Assembly: GCF_035594765.1 (NCBI RefSeq)
Contig: NC_085842.1
Location: 160,407,036 to 160,471,035, forward strand
DNA from: Anolis carolinensis
Taxonomy: Eukaryota
Length of the DNA stretch: 64,000 bases
Direction of reading: 5' to 3'
This document shows, piece by piece, positions 35,532 to 48,020 of the stretch (its first letter is position 1; the number at the start of each line of letters is the position of its first letter). The translations under genes were made by a program, and so were the position numbers. The notes under the pieces were generated by a model that was not told where the DNA came from, did not search any database, and saw nothing but the letters and a program-made list of their open reading frames with translations.

Positions 35532-35771
35532 TCATAGAACGTTGTGTAACAGCATCCTCCCAGCTGTCAGAAAAAACAGGACAAATTGTATGTTCACACT
35601 GATGGCTTTGTTAAGTAGTTGTGAATCTATCCAATTTCTGTAATTTGCTGTACGTACATATAGTCCTGGGTATTTTGGCCTGCCACAGCCGACGCCAGCA
35701 CTGGTAATTCCTAACAGATAATATCTGGAGGCATTTGGAAAATAGCACACCAGAGGACCACCGCTGTCACC
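35532..35771 (-). CDS. TMPRSS12: TMPRSS12-like copy C, exon 5
   Basis: GDSGGPLVC..GITSAGVGCGRPKYPGLY, hydrophobic tail, stop; AATAAA on minus at 35329-35334. Confidence 0.92.
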   Translation of the reverse strand, partial: GDSGGPLVCYFPNASRYYLLGITSAGVGCGRPKYPGLYVRTANYRNWIDSQLLNKAISVNIQFVLFFLTAGRMLLHNVL

Positions 35772-36155
35772 CTGGAATATGAAAAATAAATAATACACTT
35801 TAAGCATTGCTTGGAAATATCGAAGAATGTGGGCATCTTGAATTGGATAATCTTCCTTTAATTGGATAGCAAATAGGTCACTCTCAAAATGTATTTATGT
35901 GTACTCTGAGTTGGAACTATAGATTGCCCCAAACATCTTAAATTTATTCTAAACATCAAGTTACATACTCCATTTAGAGATTGTTAAGATCCACCCAGTT
36001 TCCGCTATCATGAAGCCATTATACACATAAGGAACCAACCTGTGTTTCCAAGTGATCTCTTAATCACACGTGTCAAATACAAGGCCTGCGGGCCAAATTT
36101 GGCCTGCCACATCATTTTATGTGGTCTGCAAGGCTTTTAGTGCCAGAGCAAAATA

Positions 36156-36472
36156 CAGTAGAGTCTCATCCAACATAAACGGGCCAGCATAACGTTGGAT
36201 AAGCGAATATGTTGGATAATAAGGAGAGATTAAGAAGAAGACTATTAAACACCAAATTAGGTTATGATTTTACAAATTAAGCACCAAAAACATGTTATAC
36301 AACAAATTTGACAGAAAAAGTAGTTCAATATGCAGTAATGCTTCGTAGTAATTACTGTATTCATGAATTTAGCACCAAAATATCACGATGTATTGAAAAC
36401 ATTGACTACAAAAATGTGTTGGATAATCCAGAATGTTGGATAAGCGAATGTTGGATAAGTGAGACTCTAATG
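36156..36472. mobile_element. Mariner-class MITE inserted in an older hAT-like MITE (~36065-36565)
   Basis: TIR family with TA flanks; host ends GTGTCAAA / TTTGACAC. Confidence 0.7.
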
Positions 36473-37033
36473 TAGTTACATTTATATATTCTTATAATTA
36501 CAGCCAGCTCTTTGAAGGCAACCCTAAGGCTGATATGCCCCTTGGTGAAAATAATTTGACACCACTTCCTTAAGTGGAAAAATAATAGTCCACTTCTTAA
36601 AGGAAAGAACTATGGTTATGCTTTCTAAACAGGTTGCCTGCCTTTACTCTAGCCCACCCATATGTCCTGTTATTTTTTTAAAATTGGGTTTTCAATTTCA
36701 GCAGGAATATAATTCCATAGTACGTATTCTTCCTTTTCTGCACCTTCTTCCTCCTTTCATCTCCCCATTCACTTTAATTTTGATCTTGGAGGTTGAAACT
36801 TTTTGTATTTAATTTATGTAGTGCCTTAGGCACATCAAACATTCTTACAAATAAATGCTGATGATAAAAAACAAACTATGGTATTTCTTGAATTTTGTTA
36901 TGACAGTTCTAACAGTCGTTCCCAAACCAATTCACTGCTTTTGTGCTACAAACTTGTCTTACTATCAATTAACAAAATGTAACCAAAAACCACATGATAT
37001 GATGTTTTGAAAATAGGATTATCTCAGTTTTAC

Positions 37034-37176
37034 CTGGCAGCTATCAACATTTCCACTTGCAGAACCAGCACAAATAGTATTCAATGATATTGCTCCTGCA
37101 TACCAATCAAACTTGTTACAAATTCTTAGTGGAATAATGTCAACCTGAGCTTCTTGTAATATATGTTCACCTACAC
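37034..37176 (-). CDS. TMPRSS12: TMPRSS12-like copy C, exon 4
   Basis: 143 bp, AG/GT; ILQEAQVDIIP..CN..WYAG..ICAG..VDSCQ. Confidence 0.92.
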
Positions 37177-37529
37177 CTGTAGTAAAAACATACGACAAAG
37201 CTGTTTCTTTTTGTTTAATGTCTTGTATAAACTGTTGTGGAAAACTTAAGCACTTGAAAGTCATGTGCCACAACATTTCTTCTAAGGCAAGTTCACATCC
37301 AATGTGTTTGCTATACTTTAGTTGCCAAAATAAGGCTTAAGAATTCTACTGGCATTTTGGAGATGGGGAGTTTAGAAGTTATGTCAGGAATTCAATAAGC
37401 GTTATCATGAAAGCCTAAAGCTTGGCCAATACATTTAGCCAAATGAACTGTTTGACCTACTGCACTTAGTATATTGTTAGGACTTTCCAAACGGTATATT
37501 TTAAACAGATTATAAAGTAAAATATAGGT

Positions 37530-37855
37530 TAGTCTGCTGTGTTGCATGACAAGAGAAGGTTAGGAGGTGAAATAAATATTTAAATATTTGAAAAAAATGG
37601 CATATTGAAGATGGTGCAAGCATTTTCTTTCCTGTGGTTCTAAAGACTAACATCAAGCCATTTATTCAAACAAGAGGAAAATTGATTCCACATGAATCTA
37701 ACAAAGAGCTTCCTGACAGTAAGAGCTGTTCAAGAGTGGAATATGGTACTTTGGAGTTTAGTGAAGTGAATGGCCATCTGTTGGGAGTGTTTTGTGTGTT
37801 CCTGAATGAGATTGGACTAGATGGCTCTTATGACCTAATCCAACTCTATGATTAT
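37530..37855 (+). mobile_element. Old diverged CR1 3' fragment
   Basis: Degenerate match to the CR1 3' ends, ending CAACTCTATGATT. Confidence 0.6.
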
Positions 37856-39658
37856 ATAGATTATATGAGCTTCATACAAGGGAACAAAGCAGAGAGATTG
37901 CTGTTTGGTTAGCTGTAATATTCTTATTGACAGAATAGGATTCATTTCCTGTAGATTGCATCTATGGCCAATTTATTTTCAATTAGACGTTGCAATAAAG
38001 TGCATGTTCCATCACTTTGGGTATATTATGACCTACCCGTGTCTTTAAAAGTTTTATGAAGGAGATGGTGTTTCAGATCTCCAGAGAATTCCTTGTTAAG
38101 GAAATGCAAAAGAATATGGCTTTTCTCAATCAAATTAAGTATGCTGCTTAATTAAGTATTGGGGAAAATAACTTCTCATTCTTTAAGGGGCATGCATGTA
38201 TTCATACTCATGAATCTTGTGCTCGCTCACGACTGTATAGTAACATTCCAAACCTGAATAATTTAAGAACCTGACCAAAACAGTACTCCAAGATGCAATC
38301 CCCACTCAATTTCTTTTCACCACCTCAGTGATCAAAGAGAGGGAGAGATGCTGACAACTCAGCCATGCTATTTTCAGCATGTCAGTTCGGGCACAGCAAG
38401 TGTACGGGAGATGGCAATCTATTTGCACAGTCCATATTTATAGAAGGGGCCTTTACAAGATAATTGCAAAGACATAAATTGAGGAAGTGAAGACTGGGAA
38501 ATGCTGGGAAATGAAAACAAATAGAGGTAGATAAGCTAAGAAAGCCCAGCAGCCAATTTCTTGTCCGAGATGTGACAGAGAATGCTCCCTATAATATCAC
38601 CAATGTGGCAGTTAAAAACTAACCAAGCCTGAGTAATTATTTCATGAATAGGTAATGCACATGTACTTTAGGAAGGGAGCAGGATTCCGGCCATACTATT
38701 CAACTTTGGAATGTTAAGTGAGATCCTTTGCAGATGCAAAACCTGTATATGATACACAGAGACCATGGAAAGCGATTGATAATAAACAATACTTGATAAT
38801 CTAAACTGAAAATGTATATGTCTGCCACTAAGTAAGATTTCTGAACTTTTGAAGAAAGTTTTAATGTACTGCTAGAGAGTAAAAGCAGAAGATATGACAA
38901 AACATTCTGCTCTAGCCAATAAACTGATACAACACTTTGGAATTCAGCTAAGACTCAATACCTGCATGGTGCAGATATATACATAGAATGCTTAATAATA
39001 ATAATGTTAATAACGCAGAGCAACAATTCTTTAAGCCCCTTGCTCCATTTCATGTACCTTTTCATGTGGGAATAATAGAAGTGGACTGTGTGTTGTGTGG
39101 GGGGGTCTCTTAGCTCAATTTCAAATATAACTCTTAAATCATATGGAAAGGGTGGTGCATATGTTATGATTTTTTGTATTGTCAACCTTTTTTAAAAAAA
39201 CAACAACGTTTTAGCCTGAACTGTGAAGATCTATGTCTAATATTTGCTGGAAGCACAGAAGCCAAATCTGTTTATTTATTCATCCATCCGCCTTTTCATT
39301 CGTGCAGGACAGCCAAGTTTTTATTTTGACACTGTGATTTGGCCAATATTTTCACATAGTTAATTTTCTTTGTTGACTAGCAAGTTTTTAAAAAATATTC
39401 CAAGAGTTTAAAAGATATTAATTTTATGCTTTATATTATTTAGCTTTAAACTCCCTACTAATGTATTAACAAATCTGTTTTCTTTTTCTTAGTATTGTAT
39501 ATGAAACAGCTCTCAATATATATACAGCAACTAAGTTTTCTTAGAAAACAGTCCTAATCAGGCCACATTGCACTGAATTCAATGACTTATTTTCAGTTTC
39601 AGATCACTAAATTAATTATATGATACCAATATATGAAAGTGAAAAATAAAAGACTTGC

Positions 39659-39924
39659 CGTTCTCCTTTGTGCTTCCCCATCCACTGATGTAACATGGGG
39701 TCTCATCAGTGAGAAGAAGAGAAGTCTCAGGTAAGCAGATAGGCTGAATGTAGGCATTATACTTGACAGGCTTGATTAGTTTGAACAATGCAACATCATT
39801 TTCATTGGTTGCAAGTTCAAAATGTGAATGGATCAAAATATCTTTAACTTGGTTCTTTACAGTGTAAGGATAATCTTTATAAAGATGATGCATGCCAATC
39901 ACAACTCTCCACATCTCTGGATCC
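39659..39924 (-). CDS. TMPRSS12: TMPRSS12-like copy C, exon 3 (GC donor)
   Basis: 266 bp like copies A and B; NENDVALFKL; donor AACG|GCAAGT. Confidence 0.88.
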
Positions 39925-40788
39925 CTAGGACAAAATAGTGATCTTCTGTAAGGTTAATAAACCCTAAAGAATTGCTACTGTGAATATAAAAAAGGATGGA
40001 CGCCACCCAGAGTTCGTCTCAATGAGTGTATAAAAGTAATATTGATCAGATGTAATTTGTTCTTCCTTTCTTTTTATAGAGACGCAAATAAAATAAATGT
40101 AACTGGTTCGGTATAGTTTTATAATCTTCAGTCTCCTATATGGTCCCTTCTACACTGTCATATAAAATCCAGATTATCTGAACTGGATTATATGGCAGTG
40201 TAGACTTATTTAATCAGTTTAAAGATGATAATGTGGATTATTTGCTTTGGCAATCTGGATTATATGGCAGCGTAGAAGGGGCTTTATTTTCCCTGAAGTC
40301 TGAAAATATCCATTTGTCTGAGAGCGCTGGACTGTTTCATAGAAATATCGTATCCTGTTACAATAAGTAAAACACTATCGTCTAATATAAGGACTCAACA
40401 GCACACTTTCTTGTACAGTTACAGACTAATCATAAAGCATATTCTGATTTCTGTATTCCAAAATTCTAATGAACAGAACCCCAGGTTGAAAAAGTTTACT
40501 TGTACTTAACACAATGCTACTGACATGATTTAAGCGCTGTGAGAAGCTCAGCAAAGAAATTTTAAAAAACATGAACATGATGTGAGCAATATAACTTAGA
40601 TGATATGGTAGTTACTTTATATCATCTTCCTTGTTCTTAGATCTCATTGCTTTCTATACTCCCATCATAACTTGTGTTCCTTAATCCTTCTTCTAACCCG
40701 CATTCAGGTATTTGTTTCTGTACTATGGTATTTTTATTACTACAGTATCTCTCTTTCCCTGATCACTTTTATGCCCTTAGTATCCTCA

Positions 40789-43021
40789 AACATGTTAGAT
40801 GACAAGATCATATCTGTTGCCCCAATACCTGAGGAATACAAGCACTTTATCAAAATAATAAAAATCGGACTTCTGTACCGAGAGGCTACAGAACACAATA
40901 CCTTCAGGGCATTACTCCTGAAACAGCTGTATTGTTGGAAGACTATTACAGGCTACACAACGAAGAGTGAGCAAACTCTTCAAGCAGTGCAGAGCATTTT
41001 GTCCTCTATGAAGCCAAGAAAGAACTGGATAAAGCTGATAACAGAAGTCAACATGTGCAGAAGCAGTCAGAAGGTGTGGAGGTTGTTAGGACAGCTGAGC
41101 AATGATCCCTCACAAATTAATACCCATGCCAACATAATGGCAGATCAGATAATGCATCAACTTCTGAAGAATGGGAAACCAACCTTGCCACCAAAGTAGG
41201 AAAGAAACCAACAGTCAAGACAACCAGATAATGAGAACAATAACCTTCACTAACCTTTTACATCTACTGAATTGGACATGGCCTTCAATAAATGTAAAAA
41301 TGGAAAAGCAGCTGGCCTGGATGATCTACGGATGGAACAAATTAATAACTTTGGCCCAAAAGCAAGGTGATGAACAACTGCACCGCATCCTGTCAGATAC
41401 CCAAAATCTGGAGGAAAGCAAGAGTCATAGCCATCTTGAAACCTGGCAAAGACCGTAATGATCCAAAGCACTATAGACCAATCTCCTTGTTGTGCCATCT
41501 TTAGAAAGTTCTGGAGAGACTTATTTTGTATAGAATTATGGAAAAATAGACTCATGTGTGATTCCACAGCAAGCTGGCTTCAGGAAAGGCAAAAGCTGCA
41601 TATCGTAAGTGTGGAACCAGACTCAGCAGATAGAAGATGGCTTTGAAAGGCAGCAGATTCAGGAGTTGTCTTCATAGCCCTATCAGGAGCTTAAACACTG
41701 GAAATCAATGCTTTCTCCTGAGAAAAACTTATAATATCACAAAGGACTACCACCTCACCCGCTTCATAGGAAATCTGCTACAAAACAGGAGCCTTTTTGT
41801 TGAATTCCAGGGGCAGAGAAGCAGATGGTGAAAACAGAAGAACGGCCTGCCTCAGAGGTGCGTCCCATTAATGGTCCCATTAATGTTTAACATTTACACA
41901 AATGATCAGCCACTGCCAGAAGGGACAAAGAGTTTCATCTATGCTGATAATCATGCCATAATCACCCAAGCAGGGAGCTTTGAAATGGTTGAACAGAAGC
42001 TCTCCAAAACTTTAGGTGCTTTTGCTGCCTATTACAGGGGAAACCAGCTGATCCCTAATCCATCTAAAATGCAGCCATGTGCTTTTCACCCTAAGAAGAG
42101 ACAAGTATCTCAAGCTCTGAGGACTACCTGGGAAGGAATCCCACTGGAGCATCGCAGCACACCAAAATATTTGGGAGTTACCCTGGACCATGCTCTGACC
42201 TACAAGAAGCACCACTTGAATATCAAGCAAAACATAATATGAAAGCTGACTGGCACAGCCTGGGGATCACAACCAGATACAGCGAAGACATCTGCTCTTG
42301 TGCTTTGTTACTCTGCTGCTGAGTACGCATGTGTGGAACACATCTCACTATGTTAAAACAGTGGATATATGAAACATGTGGCATGTTAATGAAACATGCC
42401 ACATTACCCCAAGATGTCTATGCCCTATACTGCTGGAGAAATTACACTGTTTAGCTGGTATTGCACCACCTGACATTTGCTGGGAAGTAGCAGCCAACAA
42501 TGAAAGGACCAAGACAGTGACATCTCCAGCCCATCCCCTGTTTGGATATCAGCCAGCATGCTAACGCCTTAAATCAAGAAAAAGTTTCCTAAGATCTACA
42601 GAGATACTCGCAGGAACACCACAGCAAGTGAGAGTTCTAAAGTGGCAGGCTAAAACCCGGAACCTCAGTCTATGGCTGAGACCAGCCTCTGGGCACACAG
42701 AAGGCTGGGTGACTTGGAAGGTGTTGAACAGGCTGCACTCTGGCACTATGAGTTGCAAAGCCAATCTTAAGAAATGGGGCCACAAAGTGGAGTCCATGAC
42801 ATGCGAGTGTGAAGAAGAGCAAACCACAGACCACCTATTACAATGCAACCTGAGCCCTGCCACATGCAAAATGGAGGACCTTTTTAGAGCAACACCAGAG
42901 GCACTCCAAGTGGCCAGCTACTGGTAAAATGACATTTAATATAATGCCAAGCTTTTAACTTTGTGTTTTTGAATACATTACAACTGTACCCTCGGTTCAC
43001 TTCTGATACGATAAATAAATA
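40789..43021 (+). mobile_element. Vingi (Ingi-group) LINE, 5'-truncated and decayed, antisense in intron 2 of copy C
   Basis: YRPISLL, AGFRKGKSC, FNIYTNDQP..FIYADN, KYLGVTLD, C-terminal CECEEEQTTDHLLQC, (TAAA)n tail; possible TSD AGTATCC(T/C)CA. Confidence 0.82.
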
Positions 43022-43565
43022 AGTATCCCCAGGGTCTTTCCCTAATGTCTCCAAACACCTACTTCCTCCTCTACCTCTCATCTTCCTTAGTTTTACTCAC
43101 CTGGAGCTTGATTTACAGCAAAGCAGTTGTGTTCTGATTACAGTACGTATTCCTATCCCCATTTGAAAGATAGTAAGTAGTGTAATCAGAACACAACTGC
43201 TCTTGAAAACTTTCTAATTATTTGTCTTGTGACTTTTCCTAAAGTTGATTGTCATGAAAATTGTATTGAAATACATTTTCTAATTTCACGGTATGATTTA
43301 ATAGCAATATTCTTACTTGGCCAGGTATAGAAATTCAAGAACAGCTGTTTAAGTTCAGCAACATAGTTTTCAGGTAATAGACCTGAATTCGTGCAATCTG
43401 ATATGCGTCTATAGGATAAATGAAGGGGCGAGAGGGAAATGGAACCTGCAAAGGCAGAAGGTCTTAAATGCTAAGTACACAGATGCATATTTCAAAATTC
43501 AGTGTCTGGATGGAAATGTGCCTCAGATTTAAAAATGATTATGAAGATTTAAAAGTGATACAAAC

Positions 43566-43767
43566 CTATTATTTTTAATGCAATGTGCTGCTGTCAGCAC
43601 CAAGTTGTGACTTATTAAAGATCCACCACAAATATGCCGATATCCTACAGGAATGTGGTGAATCTGAAGACTAACTTGCCATGGCCATGCCCCAGGTGGG
43701 GCATCACGTCCACCTATAATGCGACTTCCGGTTGCTAACTCATTCACAGCAGGCCTTCTTCCACATG
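43566..43767 (-). CDS. TMPRSS12: TMPRSS12-like copy C, exon 2
   Basis: 202 bp, AG/GT; [28 protein letters not shown]. Confidence 0.92.
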
Positions 43768-44018
43768 CTAGAAATCAAAAGAGTTACACTGATGAGATGC
43801 AGCCTTTGTAAGCACTCCATAAAAGAACTAACATTTCAAACATATTTGAAGCAGCGCAGTCATTTTAAACTGATCTGATTCTATTTTGTTCCAGAGACAA
43901 AACAAGGCTGAATGTTGAACTGAATCTCAGAATCACCAGATGCTGTTATAAGAAACTACAAAAAGTATTTACTGGCCTTTCAGAGGCAATGCTTTGAAAT
44001 CAACTTTCCAATGGTGTG

Positions 44019-45570
44019 CAGGCAGTCCACGAGTTACAAACATCTGACTCACAAATGATTCCTAGTTAAAAATGAGGGTGAGACAACAGGAAGTGAAGAA
44101 ACTACCCTTGGAAGGGAAATTCACATCTGGAAGAGTTTTCATGGGGAAAGGGTGACTCAAGTGAAGCTTTATTACCCATTCTTGTTTCTTTCCATATCAA
44201 GCCAAATTTTTCAAAACACAATTATCATAGGGAGATAAAGTGCAGTAAAATCTTCTGAACAGGGGCACAGACAGCAAAACAAACACCCCTATGCTGCCCA
44301 AAGCTTATATTCTATCCCCAATGCTCTTTAATATTAATATGAAGCCTTTGGGAGAGATCATTTGTAGGAATTAGGTTGGTTGTTATCAGTATGCTGATGA
44401 CACCCAAATATATTTCTTTGTGCCTTCAAAAACAGCTTCAGCTCTGAATGAATGCCTGGAGGAGGTAATGGGCTGGATGAGAAAAAACAAATTGGAAGTG
44501 AATCCAGACAAAACAGAGGGTTGTTGCCATCAAGGGTCCTAATATGGGGATGGAGGTGTGTCAACCAGTTCTGGATGAGGTTACACCCCCACTGAAAGAC
44601 TGTGACTGCAATTTGGGAGTACTGCTGGCTCCATCTCTCCAAATGTCAGCCCATGTAGATTTAACGGCCAGGAGTGCTTATGATCAGCTTCGGCTTATCC
44701 ACCAGCTGTGCCCCTTCCTAGATTGGGAGGACCTGAAGATGGTAGTGCATATGCTGGTAACCTCAAGGTTGGACTTCTACAATGTGCTTTACATTGAGCT
44801 ATCCTTGTACCAAATTTGGAACTCCAGCTGGTTCAAAATATGGCAGCCAGATTGGTTACAGGAACATCTAGGAGTGAGCATATTACACATATCTTAAAGT
44901 CACTCCACTGGCTCCCAATTAGTTTCCGGGCAAAGTACAAGGTGATGGTTTTGACCTTTAAAGCTCTACATGATTTGGGTCCAGGTTACGTAAAGGATCG
45001 CATTCTCCCATACATTCCACCCCACACACTTCAGTCTTCTCGGGGGCATCTGTTCCAATCAGCCAGAACTCAACTGGCAACCACCACCCAGAGGACCTTG
45101 TCATCGGCCGCCCCAAGGCTGTGGAACGGCCTGCCGGTAAGGCTCTGAAAGCTAAATCAGCTGTCGGAAAAGACACAAGTGAAGACCTGTCTCTCCCAGC
45201 AGACCTAACCAGACGGTCTTTAAACATAAACACGAATTTTAATGCATGTCCTTTGTTTGTCTGTTTTAGTATGTATTTCATAGAGACATGTTTTGGCATG
45301 TAAATTTTATAGAGGTACGTTTTGGTGTATTTGGGATGTTTTATGTGTTTTAATTGTTTTGTAGCCAGCCTCGAGCCATGAGGAGAGGAGGGTAAGAAAT
45401 AAAATTTTATACCCCATGTAAGCCGCCCCAAGTCCCCTTGGGGAGATGGTGGCGGGATATAAATTATATATATAATATACGCCTGGAGTCACACTGTTCT
45501 GACTTCATACAAATTCAATTTAAGAACAAAACTACAGAACCTATCTTGTTCCTAACTTGGGGACTGCCTG
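44019..45570. mobile_element. Tigger/pogo-like MITE split by an L2 insertion
   Basis: TIRs CAGGCAGTCC..AGTTA / TAACTTGGGGACTGCCTG+TA; the two halves together match 5370-5739. Confidence 0.72.
44325..45470 (+). mobile_element. L2 LINE 3' portion
   Basis: YADDTQ (44390), NPDKTE, VTSRLDFYN, LQLVQNMAARLVTG..HITHILKSLHWLP. Confidence 0.88.
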
Positions 45571-45809
45571 TATTGAAAGTGCAGCTGGTGCGACTGCGGG
45601 CGCTGCTGTTGACCTGAAGGGCAACAGGCCATGTCTCCGTGTTGACATTTCAATGGGAAAAGTCCAGTTAACATCACTGGTCACATAATCAACCTACGTA
45701 TTTCAATGAACCGTTGGCCAACCCTGTAAATTGATGCTGATATTGACATTTATGTTTTATGTTAGATATAATTTACTTGATAGGTTTTTTTAATTTTAGT
45801 TGTCATGTT

Positions 45810-46982
45810 ATAGGTTGTTGTGATTCTTCCGGGCTGTATGGCCATGTTCCAGAAGCATTCTCTGCTGACGTTTCGCCCACATCTATGGCAGGCATCCTCA
45901 GAGGTTGAAGGATCATGTTATAATTTATTCTTGTTCCAAGGTAGGAGTTATTATGTTTGAATTTGTTGCTCTGTCAAGACACTGAATGCTTGATTTTTTA
46001 TTTGTTGGAATCTGCCCGAAATCCCATTGGGGAGATAGGGTGGAATATAAATAAAATTTATTATTATTGGGTTGCTGTGAGTTTTCCGGACTGCATGTCC
46101 ATGTTCCAGAAACATTCTTTCCTGACGTTTCACCCACATCTATGACAGGCATCCTTGCAGATTGTGAGGTCTGTTGGAAACTAGGAAAGTTTATAGATCT
46201 GTGGAAAGTGGGAGAAATAACTCTTGTCTGCTTGAGTCAAGTGTGAATGTTGCAATTGGACAACTTGATTAGCATTGAATGGCCTGACGTCTAGATCCAG
46301 GGAAATCATGCTACCCCTCTATTCTGCCTTGGTCAGGCCACACCTGGAATACTGTGTCCAATTCTGGGCACCCCAATTGAAGGGATATGTTGACAAGCTG
46401 GAAAGCGTCCAGAGGAGGGTGACTAAAATGTTCAAAGGTCTGGAGAACAAACCCTATGAGGAGCGGCTTAAAGAGCTGGGTATGTTTAGCCTGCAGAAGA
46501 GAAGGCTGAGAGGAGACATGATAGCCATGTATAAATATGTGAGGGGAAGTCATAGGGAGGAGGGGGCAAGCTTGTTTTATGCAGCCCTGCAGACTAGGAC
46601 GCAGAACAATGGCTTCAAACTACAGGAAAGGAGATTCCACCTGAACATTAGGAAGAACTTCCTCACAGTGAGAGCTGTTCAGCAGCAGAACTCTCTGCCC
46701 CGGAGTGTGGTGGAGGCTCCTTCTTTGGAGTCTTTTAAGCAGAGGCTGGATGGCCATCTGTCAGGGGTGCTTTGAATGAGATTTTCCTGCTTCTTGCAGG
46801 GGGTTGGACTGGATGGCCCGTGAGGTCTCTTCCAACTCTACGATTCTATGATATTATGATTCAGTTTCAAAGCCTGGCTGCTTCCTGCCTGGGGGAATCC
46901 TTTGTTGGGAGGTGTTAGCTGGCCCTGATTGTTTCATGTCTGGAATTCCTCTGTTTTCTGAGTGTTGTTCCTTTATTTACTG
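45810..46982 (-). mobile_element. Penelope pLTR fragments, the second split by a CR1; near-intact hammerhead at 45864-45904
   Basis: Penelope sequence stops at ~46285 and resumes at ~46862. Confidence 0.75.
46289..46860 (+). mobile_element. Young CR1 LINE 3' end
   Basis: Open 166-aa frame [33 protein letters not shown], then the ATTCTATG tail. Confidence 0.92.
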
Positions 46983-47117
46983 TTTAATTATTTACAATTA
47001 TTATTATAAAAAGAGGGAATAAAGACAATATGGAAACCCGCTTGAAGCCACATCACACACAGGCAGCATTTGCGGGGATTAGTAGGGATCGTGGCTTCCA
47101 GTGTTGAAACCCTAGGG

Positions 47118-47252
47118 CAGTGGTTCTCAACCTGTGGGTCCCCAGATGTTTTGGCCTTCAACCCCCAGAAATCCTAACCGCTGGTAAACTGGTTGGGATT
47201 TCTGGGAGTTGTAGGCCAAAACACCTGGGGACCTACAGGTTGAAAACTACTG
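47118..47252. mobile_element. hAT MITE
   Basis: Long TIRs; TSD CCCTAGGG/CCCTTGGG. Confidence 0.82.
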
Positions 47253-47339
47253 CCCTTGGGCTAATTGCTCTAATCCACACCGAATGGCTCCAAGGAATGG
47301 TGCCTACCAGCCCTCTAGCTCTAGCCTTGCCCTGCAGCT

Positions 47340-47740
47340 GGTCTGGCAATGTGACTCGGAAGTGGCGCGATTAGCGTCACCGAACTACAACTCCCAGCAT
47401 GCCACGATGTTGCCATGGTAACCAAAGGCCCAGCACTACGAATAGCTTAGTGCCACCCCGCTCTTGTAACCAGGCTGAAGACCCCCTTCCTCGGCGAGCC
47501 CTCGCCAGGCAACAAGAAGGGCAGGCAAAGCATGGCTCACCCCCGGCGGGGGACTGAAGGGAAGGGCTCCTCCTGGGCGACGCCTCCCCTCCCCTCAGCA
47601 GCACAGGCAGCAGCACCAAGAGCGCCGGGGGAAGGCTCCGCCCCATCCTCCGCCCGGGGGGGAAACAAAAATGGCGGACGACCGGACGCTCTTCCCCGGC
47701 TTCGTCAGGAGTGACGCCAGGAAGGTCACGTGACTCGCCA
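47340..47740 (-). promoter_or_regulatory. CpG-island promoter and intron-1 motif cluster of TMPRSS12-like copy C
   Basis: ETS CGGAAGTG 47357; ZNF143-type ACTACAACTCCCAGCATGC 47384-47402; RFX X-box GTTGCCATGGTAAC 47409-47422; YY1 CAAAAATGGCGG 47666-47677; half-CREs 47703 and 47712; E-box GTCACGTGAC 47725-47734. Confidence 0.7.
47541..47646 (-). CDS. TMPRSS12: TMPRSS12-like copy C, exon 1 (signal peptide)
   Basis: MGRSLPPALLVLLPVLLRGGEA; GTGAGC donor; 106 bp, phase 1 fits exon 2. Confidence 0.82.
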
Positions 47741-48020
47741 GCACGATTTGCATATGCAGAGTGAGAGATCCACGGGATGGGACCCAAATCTAAACGCTAT
47801 AGACTTCATCCCACTGAACATGTCCAGTGTTTGGAAGGGACTATGATTTTTGTTCCTGGAATATAAATGTAATTTCCTAATTGGTTCTATCATAAACACA
47901 TTGGAAAAGTTTATTAAACTGCAAAAATGTTGTCTTTGCAGGAGGGACGTCCTGCTATGGCACGTTTTGCTCAAGTTTCTCAATGATTTAATATCATATA
48001 GTCTCTCCACCAATTTAACA

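Noticed and set aside
47746-47800. Octamer ATTTGCAT / TGCATATGCA upstream of copy C
   Set aside because: It is followed by GGGATGGGACCCAAATCTAAAC, which resembles a Tigger-type transposon interior, so it is probably TE-derived.
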